In this document: in pieces, positions 16,950-33,580 of the stretch | How the letters are laid out: every line of letters starts with the position of its first letter | Numbering within the stretch: position 1 is the first letter of the stretch | Assembly: GCF_000315625.1 (NCBI RefSeq) | Contig: NW_005434655.1 | Coordinates: 1-33,580, forward strand | From: Guillardia theta CCMP2712 | Taxonomy: Eukaryota; Protista; Cryptophyta | Length of the DNA stretch: 33,580 nucleotides | Direction of reading: 5' to 3' | The notes under the pieces: model-generated | The model's input: the letters and a program-made list of their open reading frames with translations, nothing else | The model's database searches: none | What the model was told of the DNA's origin: nothing | Translations under genes and position numbers: made by a program

Positions 16950-18924
16950 TTCTCAGAAAACGAGCAAGGGATAGGTTGAGTTGTTGGCAGGGAGGACTAG
17001 AGATGAGACGAGAGGAGGAGGTGGAGGTAGTGGCTGTAGTGGCTCAAGGAGCAATCGCTATCCTACAAGTCTTCAATGCTCTAAGTGCATGCCAGAAGTA
17101 TGGCATCTGTACAGGTTCTGTACGTTGAACGTAGCTGGGAACACGACTCCGGCGGCGCCGGGCCGGGCCGGGCGGCCGGCCGGCGGCCCGGGCACTGAGC
17201 GCCGGGCCGCCCGGCCCGGCCGGCAACAAAGTTTGCCGAAGGGCCTTCACTGATCGGACCGAGTCCGGGGCCATGATCGGATGCCGCCCGGGGCTGCCCG
17301 GGGCCCTGAGGCTTGCAAGTTGCCTCTGTGACGGCACGGTGCCACAGCACCGTGCCACGCGGGGTACGGTCACTAGGCTGCCGCGGCGCTGCCAGGAGGC
17401 TCGGAGCCCAGTGACTCTTTCTCAGCCTGTCGTTGCCAAGTTCGGAACTTCGGAACTCGGGCTGAGCCGAGGCTGCCCTACTACTAGGCTAAGTTACGGT
17501 ACTACCGTAGTTGTTGCTAGCCTTGAAGTATAGTATGCCGTCATGGACCTGATTGTCCTCGTACTGAGTTTTTAACTTAAGTTTGAGTGAAGAGTCGTGC
17601 AGTGGCCAGTGCCGCGTGCGGCACTGCACGACGGAGAGTTGTCACTCACGGTCCGAGTCCGATCCGCAGGGCCGGCGGCCGGTACGGTCACGGTCGGGGG
17701 CCGACGCCGGTCGGACTCACTCAGTGGCTCTGATCGGCCCGGCGATACTTAACTTGAATGAGTAAACTTTAGTACGAAGCGGTTCGCGATCACGGCGAAT
17801 CGCGGAGGTGATGGCTTGATAGATAAGTAAAGTTTCTACGACCATCATTTTAAAAAGAAAAGGGACAGATGTAAAGAGAAATTGAGGGTGGGGTTAAAAA
17901 ACCAGAGAGACAAACCAAGTGGGTTGGAGGGGGTAGTTTGAAGCCTGAGGACTATCAGCGGGGGGGGGGTACAAGGGGTCAGCTCAAAAGCTATGGAAAC
18001 TTTACATCTGGTGGTAGGGGTAGTAAAAAGACAACTACTGAGAACCAGGGTGGGGGTGTGGCGCGGGAAAAAAAAAACCAGATTGGGTTCCACCACCCAC
18101 CCCACCCTCTGGAGATCGATTGCTTCAAAAACTACTTACAGAACTACCGGTCCTTGGCCAGTGAAATTTGTAATTATAATTCAATTACCCAAATATTTCC
18201 GTATCTCGATGATAGAAAACGGACCTGATTTAAAATGGACTGTTGAAATATCGGAATATGGGTTGGATTGACCGAAGACTAACGGACGATTACACCCCTG
18301 CTGAATAGTGCATATCAAGGGGTACTCCAAATAGGGGTGAAGGTCGGAAAAAAAATGAGGACCCCAACCATCCTGGACCCCCTTAAAAAGAAGAACTAAA
18401 AGTATTTATAAGCCAACCCCAGAGGACCCGTGATGAGAACCTTTACAACCCCCTTTTCATCATGAACCCCTACCCACTGTGCAGGCAAAGACAACTTTTT
18501 AAGACCCCCACCTCCAACTTATGCGGTCTGTACCCACCTCTTCGTAGTACAGAATTTGGCAGGAGAGGACAACCGGATAAGATTGGCACCACCCCACCTC
18601 ATAATGACCCAACCCCCTGCATGCCCCAGGAGTTTCCCGACCATTCCGCTTCTCATTCGCTCCGCTTCCCCTCTATTTCACCTCTGCTTCCCCGCTGCTT
18701 CTCCTCTGCTCCCTTCCTTTCCCTCTCTATCCCCCACGTCTTCCTCTCCCTTCTCCTCTCCACGTCAGCTTTCTGTGTTCGGTTACCTCATCTTTCGCAG
18801 TGATATAGGACTCGTTCGTATACCCTTCCCGGCTGTTTTCGAGATATTCGATCGTAACCCTCCTTGCCCTTCAGCATTTGCGCAAGATAACGTTTGTAAA
18901 GCAAGCTTGAAGTGCAGCGTAGCG

Positions 18925-19404
18925 ATGAATCTCATCACGGACATTCAGAACGGTTTTGTGGGGTTGACCAAGGAGATTGAAAGCCAGAGTAGGCAAAAAT
19001 TCAACGAAATTGTGAACTCGGCGCATACTCTTGTACCTATCTTTGAAAACAGCGAACAGGGTTCTGAAGACCAGGGGTTGAAAAACGGGCATCCAGGGAA
19101 AAGGAGTAGCTTTACGTTTGGAAACCATAATCAGCTGCTGATACCGGAAGAGATTGGCAGTCTGTACGGAAGCACCAATGCAAAGGCGAAACAGGAGGGG
19201 ACAAGCAAAAGCACGACGCTCATTCGACGCCACTCTATCTCAGGGAGTCAAGTGAAAGTTTCCTCGGGCTCTCGCTCGGTGTCAAAGCCTGAATTGAAGA
19301 AGACGCGATCGTTGCAAGCTCATCATGAATCTGCGGACACTTGTGATGAAGCCACCCGCAGCAAGATCGAACAATGGTTTAGCAAAAGCCGATCAGCTGC
19401 CTGA
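18925..19404 (+). CDS. Hypothetical ~159-aa Ser/Lys-rich protein
   Basis: ATG at 18925 within track ORF 18556..19404, preceded by a pyrimidine-rich leader like the neighbouring genes. No recognisable domain. Confidence 0.45.
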   Translation: MNLITDIQNGFVGLTKEIESQSRQKFNEIVNSAHTLVPIFENSEQGSEDQGLKNGHPGKRSSFTFGNHNQLLIPEEIGSLYGSTNAKAKQEGTSKSTTLIRRHSISGSQVKVSSGSRSVSKPELKKTRSLQAHHESADTCDEATRSKIEQWFSKSRSAA

Positions 19405-19641
19405 CGATCATGTTCTGCCTGTTAATATTGAATATTCGAGTGTCTCTACACTCACGAGGGTTGTAAATATGCACAGTCAGTGCCTGCAACACAACACAAT
19501 ACTGTTCTACGTGTATTTTGGAGCATTGGATTGACTTCTTGTTCATTTATTTGCCTCTTTGCCCAATAGCCTCAATAAACTTCTACTATCGTCTCTTAGC
19601 GCATCATCTTTCGCCCTCAATGTCCGTCAGCTGCCTTTCTT

Positions 19642-22045
19642 TCACTCTGGCGTGTCGGTGATCGACTCCACCAGGAAGCGCTTCCCAGTCGCTGCCCCCC
19701 CGATCGTAATCACGTCGCCCACCTGCAGCTCCTTGAAGATCTCGTTCTGAAAGGAGTCATCATTGACTGCCGTCCCCGCTGCCATGCTCGTCAGCTCCTC
19801 TGCATCCCTGCTCCTCCTCCTGCCCCTCCAACCCCCTTGTCCCTCCTCCCTACAGCTCCTCTGCATCCCTGTCCCTCCTCCTCTGCTCCTCTAGCTCCTT
19901 TGGCCCTCTTCCCTTCTCGACCATCTTACTGGTGCTGGAGTCCTGAATGTCAAATGCCTGAGCAGAGGAGTCGAAGTAGATCTGCGAGATGCATAAAGAA
20001 AGAAATCTTGAAGAAGAGCAAAGGCTAGTAACCTTGGCGTGCGTGCGAGAAACGGACGGATGAAGCTTCCTGTCGAGAGGAAGCGAACAGTTGGAGCTCC
20101 TGCCGATTGTGAAAGGTTCGTCGTAGGATCTGCACGACTTGAGAGGTGAAATGCCGTTTAAGACGACGATACTCACGAGACAGTATAGCGGATGTTGGAG
20201 TCTTGATCCAGAAGCACAAGGGTACGATGGAGCACAGGAGCGCCTTCCGAGCTTCTGGCTGTATCACGAGCGCTGGTTCTGCAGATCGAGTCAGACAAGG
20301 TACAAGACGTTGACCCTCCGACTCCTCAGCGATGGTAGAGAATTTGCTCCCTCTTCTCTGCATGTTGCTGGACGTCGTGCGCGCTGTTTGCATTCTCGAT
20401 CCATCGTCTTGAGCCTCATCGCCTTCTCCCATCCTTATACGGCATGTTCGTCACACGAGCAACCGAAGTTGGTACAGCACCTGCTCTTGGACACGGATGA
20501 TCTCTTCTTCGACTGATTCATTCTTCCCTCTCGGTCTGAATGTTACAGCGTCACCCACATTAAGCGCATCCTCGAAAGGAAGTACATGTAGCGTTAGCAG
20601 GTGTCTGCGTTTGCTTGAGCATGGCAATGGTGAAATCTCGTTCGCTGACAAGGGAGAAGAGGTGCTGGATCGTTTCGTCCCGCTTTTTCACCTGCCATAT
20701 CATCAATTGTTGCCTCCGCGTTTCAACTCGACTGAGCATTCCTGAGCCAAGAGGTCTTTGATGCTCCGCTGCCGCAGACATGTCAAGACAAGCGCTCAAG
20801 CCACGAGAGCCGAAACCTGCAGGCTTTCATTGGTCCGCTGCTGCTCCTTCAGCTCGTCCCGCGCCTTGCTCAGCTAGTGGCAGTCGATGATGGGCAGGCA
20901 GACAGGCAGGGGCGCACACCTCACTGGATAGCAACACCTCTAGAGGTGCGTCCGAGTCGTCCTTCCATGGTCTTGCAGGAAGAAAACTGCCAGACTGCGA
21001 GGCTTTTGCTGCTTCGACGTGACCCTCCTGATTAGAAGGATTGACCACCTGCAGAACGATTGATCCTACGCCGTGGCGGAGGGATAGATGAGATACCTGT
21101 TTTGTCACCAACTGCTGAACGTCTTGAAAGACTCGCTGGTCGCTCACCTTCACCGCATCCTGCATCTTCATCAGATGGCCAACGGCTTGGATTCCTCACC
21201 ATCACCTCAACTCTGGGCTCAACCTTCTGAAAGTTTCTCTGAGCAGCTATTGATCAGCCGAAAAGAAGGAGCAGTGCGAGGAACAAACAGGAAAGGGGAT
21301 CTCATCTGTAGCTTCTGTCACATATTGCGTGTCTACAGAAGTACTGAAACACATCGATGTCATGAGCACAAAAATCAAGGTCAGGAAAGAGACTCACAGC
21401 GCCATCTGATCGTGACTAGCAGGAGGCTTGCTCTGTTTGAGGAGGCGAAGCCTCTTATTTACCAGTTCCAACTCTGACGAGGTATCAGTGTGTCATACCC
21501 ACCTTGTCACACTCTCAGGTAGGTTGAGACCTGCTTCGAGCTGTTGGATCCCCTTGTTGGACGAGACAGACAAAACTTTCTTGGGCTGATTCCCACCGAT
21601 GTTCTTCTTGGTTGACATCTAGTCAAACATCACAACCAAACATGCGGATGATCTGCAAAGTACATCTGTGAAAGATTGCCCGGAGGCCAAACCATCAAGC
21701 AAGTGGTTCAATTTCTCTGACATGTCTGCAGTCTTCCGAAGGATTGAACCTGCTTTTGCCTGCCAGCGACGTCAGGCAAACAAGCTAGGCAAGCTTGTCA
21801 CACACCACAGCTTGGGATCGTTTGGGGTTGGTGATTTCACGAGTGAAGGACTTTTGATCTTGGAACGAGTGGTCGCCTTGTAGCTCATTCTCCTCGTTGT
21901 TCCTTGGCAGTTGGTAGGAGCCATAAGTTTGATTGTAACCGCCCTTGTCGAAGAGACTTGAAGCGACGGAGGAAGAAGATAACGAGGCTGAGGCTGTTGG
22001 CGACCAGTCTGACGACCCTGATGAGTCGGTCCCGTACGAATCCAT
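19642..22045 (-). CDS. Multi-exon protein with Ser-rich N-terminus, coiled-coil segments and C-terminal FHA domain
   Basis: FHA signature across exons: FTIGRSSNCSLPL...SVSRTHAK|IYFD...FDIQDSST...GTAVND...ELQVGDVITIG. Start (MDSYGTDSS) and internal exon borders are approximate. Confidence 0.65.
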
Positions 22046-22673
22046 CCCTCCTTCCTAAACCTCGTACATGTTGCGCTTAAAGGTTGAGACGGAAGGATGC
22101 TAGGGCGTGCTGGGGAGGAGGACAAGAGAAGGTCAATATGAGATCAGAGCGCGAGGAGCAGGAGCGCTTGGTCGATTCTTCTTGTGTCGCCAAAGCTGAT
22201 GTAAAGCAAGCGATAAGAGCAGAGCACGTGAGGAGCAGCAGCATGAGCAGGAGAGATCGGTAAAAGACTTGCTTGGTTTCGAGAACAACAGAATGCGGAA
22301 CTCTGAAAGGTAGGGAAGCAAAAGAGTTGCTGAGCAGGAAGCAAGAAAGAATGGGAGGGTACTGGGAGAAAGATTGGAGATGTGAAGCAGTGGAGGATAC
22401 GTGTTGGAAGAAACGGGGAGGAAAGGAGTGGGGGTAAATGAGAGGGGAGGGAATGAGAATGGTTGGGACGAGAGGAAAGAAGGGGAGGGAGCAACGGCAG
22501 GGTAAGAGAGGCCAGAACTGAGATGAAACGAAAATGGGGATAGATCACAGAAAGGAGGGAAGACAAGAGTGGGAGGGAAATTTTGGGAGGGTAAGGAATG
22601 CCTAAGGGCTCGGAGAGGAGAGAGATAACTTCGGAGGGAGCGAGAGGAAGATAGGGAGAGGGGAAGAGAGGGA

Positions 22674-22791
22674 AGGGGAGGAAGGGGAGGAAGGGGAGGA
22701 AGGGGAGGAAGGGGAGGAAGGGGAGGAAGGGGAGGAGGGGGAGGAGGAGGAGGAAGGGGAGGAAGGGGAGGGGGAGGAGGAGGGGAGGAGG
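22674..22791 (+). repeat. Polypurine (GGGGAGGAA)n tract
   Basis: Read directly. Confidence 0.9.
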
Positions 22792-23262
22792 GAAGAACTG
22801 TCTTTCTATATCATGATGAAGGACATGAGATTTGACGCGGCCAGTCAACCGGTCACACCGTTTTTCTTGAAATTATGTATAATTATGATTGATTATTATA
22901 CATAATCCTATGACATAAACAGTGCAACCGGGTGTGCCGCAGGGGCCGGGCGGCGGCCAGTGATCGTGACTCAGTGACCGGGCCGTATCGAGTCGCCGGC
23001 CCGGGGGTGATCCAATCAGGCCCGAGACGTGCCGACCGCGAGCCGGACACATCCAAGTTGCCGGGCGCCCACAATGGCCTAGTAGCTGCGCGCGCAGGGT
23101 ACTGGCGGGACACTGTGCCCTCAGGCTAGGTGCGCTCGTCGGACACACAGGCTAGTAGCATACCGGTGCTGACTCAGTGATGCTACCCGGTAGTAGCCGC
23201 GTGCCGGACTCGGACAGTAGTCTTTCTTCAAGGCTTTCCTTGAGTGACTTGAACAGTCTGTC

Positions 23263-25816
23263 CTAAGAGGCTTCATTGCTACCACACGCTTCTCTCCATT
23301 CCACAAACGCTCTGAACCAGAAATCTTTTTCCGAGACATTGGAGAAGCAAAGCTTGAGCCCGCCTTTCTTGCCTTCAGTTTGCAGGTATTGCAGCTGTTG
23401 AAAGAGTCAGCGGATCAGTAAAGGATGACGGCAACAACCTTGATACTCGCTCCCACAACAGGCTCGTCTCCCTCTGATGTCTCCGACACATCTTGAACAT
23501 CAAAGAGCGATACGATCTTGGCGTCCTGCGTGAGAACATTCTCCTTCTACAAACAAACTGCTCACCAACCCTCATAGGCACGCCTCATCCCTCACCTCCG
23601 ACAAGTTCTTCCCTACTGAAAAGATCCCGAGGACCTTCTTCTTGTGCTCTCCGTCCTTCGATAACATGAGCTCTCCAGTCCCAAGGTCGAATATCATCAT
23701 CCGTTTCTGCCACCTTCCTCCTCCTCCCCATCGCTCGCTGCACTTCCACGCCTTCCCAACCATAAGCCCCCCCGTCGAGCTCTGACTGTTCTTCCGCCAT
23801 GTCCGTATGCTCAGCCCGCTCTGCCGATGTGTCAGCGACAGACGAAGAGCCGAGACGAGAGGAGGTGAAGGGTAGCGGCAGAATGACACCGTCATAAGCA
23901 AAGATAGCCCCGACGACGGGCAAGGGGACACCACAACTCACCGAACAGACAGTATCTAGAAGCGACATGCTGATCGCGAGAATGCCCTTCGCTTCCAGCA
24001 CGTCGCCAACGCACATCCCCTTCCTACTCCCATGCACGCGACTGGGCTCGACAACATTGCGTGGAGGTGCATTGGATGCAGGCACTGAAAGTGAAGTCTC
24101 TGCATGTTTGAAACGAGCATGGTCAAGCAACCGCTTGTATGCTATGGCGACCGTCAGACCAATCAAAGAAAACAAGAGGAGGAGGAGGAGGAGGAGGAGG
24201 AGGAGGAGGAGGAGGAGGATCTAAAGTAGAGTAGATGATGATTTTGGTCGAACCTTGTGCATCAAGTGACTCGCCCATCTCTCCGCTAGACAACCTGACG
24301 AACATCTGTGCTTCTGTGTCGTTTGCGATTTTCTGAAAGCTGCGGAGAGAGAGTGAGGGGTCAAAGTGAGAGCGAAGACTGGGACTGTTTAACCTTCCGT
24401 GCACAACCAGGTCTTCCTCCAAGATGTCGCTGACATAAAACGACAGTCAGTGTCATACGCACCCTTCCCGTCTGTCTTCGCCATCACCGAGAGTCGTAGT
24501 CCATAGCGGAAGCAGGAACCATCTGAAACAAGCTCAGAATCTATCACCATCACAGAGCTTTAGGGTTCAAACCTTTCCGCCAAAGTCGAAGTCTCTGCTA
24601 TCATCGCCTTTCTTCAAGCTCGAGCACGAAGGCAGGGTGCTACTTTTGGCCCCCTGCAGCTGTTGCACTGGTTGAGATTTCTGCTTGGCTCGCGCTTCCC
24701 AGGTTAGCTCGCTCTCAGCCGAATCCTTTGAGCCCCGTCAGCACAACCTAAGACAAGACAAGCCAAGATGCCTCCTTCGCCTCCTTTCCGACATGTTCCG
24801 ACAAGAGCTGTGAGACCAGCTTGAAAGAAAGCTTATTGACAACCGCAGCAGTCTCGTCTACCTCTTCATCCTTGAGAATTGATGCAATCATCTTCTTTCG
24901 GCGAGCCTGGATGATCTAGATCACCAAGCGTCGATCATGTTGACCAAGTTCACTTTCTTGCTCTCCTTCCTGCCTTCAGGTGCCATGCAGTCCTCCAACC
25001 GCTGTCATCTCAGGTCATCCCTCTGCATCTCATCATCGACATCAACCTGCTGGCTTTGCTTGTGCCGCTCAACCCACGACTGCAGCAGGCCTCCTCTCGC
25101 CTCGCAGCTCTGACTTGAAGCAAAGGCAGCGCTCGACGACTTGAGGTCCGCAATGAGCCTCTCCAAGTTGTTGCAAGACTGAAACGGCGACGGTTGGTCG
25201 TCATCGGAAGCAACCTGAACATGTACACATGCACACATGTATGGTCAGACGAGTGAAGTGACGGGACGTCATCTGCTCACACTCTCCGAGCCAGACGACG
25301 AGCTTGTTCCTAGTCAAAGTTACTAGCGTCATTGGCCTCACCGCAACCTTATCCGTACCTGCGGTCAGTCCCTCTCTCGTGCTCCCGTTCGAATGCTCAA
25401 CTTCAGATGGTGACCTTGCAAGTTGATGAGAACGAAGGAGAAACTGACGACAAACCTCACATTTCGCTATTGCTATCACCATCACTGTCACCGTCAAGAT
25501 CGTCACTGCTTGCTTCTGACTGCAAACTTTTCAGTTGAGTGAATTCAGCTCCATGGCAGAGAACCTGCTCCTCTAGATGTTCTTGAGGGTTATGTGGACT
25601 AGCACATCCAAAGGAACCAGATTCTTCCTTTCCCCTTGAAGCTGGGCCAGCTTGAACCGATGCTGGTGCTGGACGACGTGATGCGGGAGGGGGAGCAGGA
25701 GGAGGAACAGGAGGAACAGGAGGAGGAGCAGGGGAACGTCCAGCAACATTAGCGCTGCTGAAGGTGAATCTTCTTCCCCTTGCTGATATCTGATGATCCT
25801 TGCTTGCTTGACTCAT
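23263..25816 (-). CDS. Multi-exon protein with Pro-rich N-terminus and C-terminal PH domain
   Basis: PH-like RWQKRMMIFDLGTGELMLSKD and terminal helix LKLCFSNVSEKDFWFRAF, with stop at 23263-23265. Assigning all upstream exons to a single gene is uncertain. Confidence 0.55.
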
Positions 25817-26409
25817 CGTGCTTCCTCCTTCCCTTCTGTGACCTTATCTACCTCAGAAGCCACCACCTCTCCACCCTCTCCCTCTCTCTCTCCCTCTCCT
25901 CCTCCTCTAGTTCCTCTAGTTCCTCTCCCTCCCCCTCTCGCAACACCTCGGCTAGTTCTACTTCCTTACGCCATGCGAAATAATGCCTGAAACAACCACT
26001 ACCCCACGAATTGCAGGTACCCCTGCTCCAATAAGATATTCAATAGACAATTTTGAGGGTGAGGTGATATACCCTACCTACTCCATCCCACCTCACCACC
26101 TCTTGGTTAATTCTTCGTAGAACAGCAGGGAATGCATGGAACAGCGGTCAATGCAGGCAGCGGTGTGAAGGAAAGAGAAGGCAGGGGCGGAGCAGGACAG
26201 GACAGGACAGGACAGGACGTGGTGATAGGTCAGTGCGAACAGATGCATGCGAGGAGGAAGGGAGTAGAAGCAGGGACAGTGAGGGCCGCGTGCAGCAACA
26301 GTGCTGATGTTACGAAAGATGCATGCCTTGGGTTTCTTGCGATAGCCAAGGAAGTGTTTCTTCGTTCGATAAGATCCTTCATCAGCAGATCAATACAACC
26401 TCTTGGAGC

Positions 26410-32685
<6,276 letters not shown>

Positions 32686-32717
32686 AGGAGCAGGCATCTT
32701 GTGAGAGCAATACACCT

Positions 32718-33580
32718 TCACTGAGAACTTCGTCCTTGTCCTCCCTCCCCTCCCCCTCCTCCTCGCCCTCCTCTGATGCCTCCTGCTTGGGGATGCCTCG
32801 ACAGCGGAGGAGGCTTGCAAGTCTCGAGCTCCTTCTCGAACGCCTTCTCCTCCTCCTGCTCCTTGAGTTTCTCGAACATGCCTCTGATCTGCTTCGCTGC
32901 CAGGAGGATCGTCTCGTCCCGCGGCTCCATGCTCCCTGCTGCCTCGATGTCTCTCATTGCCTCTCGCAAGTTTGTCAGCTCCTCCTCCACCCGCCCGTTC
33001 ATCGACGCGAGGACGGCGAGCTCCCTGAAGCTGCAGCGACGTCATCAACTTGCTCCCTCCTGTCCTCCTCGCTCCACTCCCTCTCCCCATTCCTCTCCCC
33101 CGCTCCTCATCACCCCCCCTCCTCCTTCCTCCTCCTCCCCTGTCCTCAATTCACTCTTACCCTCTGCATCCAAACACAGCAATACGCATGTACATCTCTC
33201 TACTCCCTCCTCCATGTCCTTCCCCTCTATGCCGGATTCTCTCATCCTTCCTCTGCCTCTCTTTCTGCCTCTACTTCTTTCCTCCATCTCGTCCTCCTCC
33301 TCTCTCAACTTACGAGATCGCTCGTCTGTACAGAGCCTTGACGTTCTGCGAATCAACTCGAACGACCTAGGGAGGACACGAGTGAGTCATAGGAGTGAGA
33401 GCCAAGAGGAGCCCGGAGGAGGAGAGGGGAACGACGAGCAGAAGTAGTCGGATAAGAGGAGGGAGAAGCGGGGGGAGACCTCGTTGCAAGCTCGGATCAC
33501 TTCGTCATATCTCAGCAGCTGCAGGTGACAACTCGCCAAGTTCAGCCAGCAAGACTTCCAAAGGTCAAGTGCTCCCTGCG
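32718..33580 (-). CDS. 3' part of a multi-exon gene of unknown function (coiled-coil-like)
   Basis: Last exon ...NGRVEEELTNLREAMRDIE...FEKLKEQEEEKAFEKELE. Purine-rich introns on the minus strand. The gene runs off the window. Confidence 0.45.

Overview
Eukaryotic nuclear DNA at or very near a chromosome end. The C-strand (CCCTAAA)n repeats point to a terminus left of the window. Short 40-60 nt GT-AG introns, TTTAGGG telomeres and microsatellite-filled introns suggest a cryptophyte such as Guillardia theta (inference, not verified). The most notable structure is 1-6548: a head-to-tail array of at least three near-identical ~2.7-2.9 kb elements, each separated by pure telomeric repeats. On the minus strand each element has a variable number of 19-bp 5' monomers, one ~715-aa ORF with RRM-like segments and no recognisable reverse transcriptase or endonuclease, a 3' UTR with three ~76-bp hairpin repeats, and a (TAA)n tail fused to TTTAGGG repeats. 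It looks like an ORF1-only, non-autonomous telomere-targeted retroelement. An 18-nt piece of the element is also embedded in inverted orientation inside the long telomeric tract. Gene-dense DNA follows: an RCC1-repeat protein with a signal-like peptide and LRGG motif, RPS13, a 13x CxH-x6-CxxC repeat protein, two unknown ORFs, an FHA-domain gene, a PH-domain gene, a BAG6-like UBL/ZZ/polyQ gene spanning an assembly gap, and a partial gene at the right edge.
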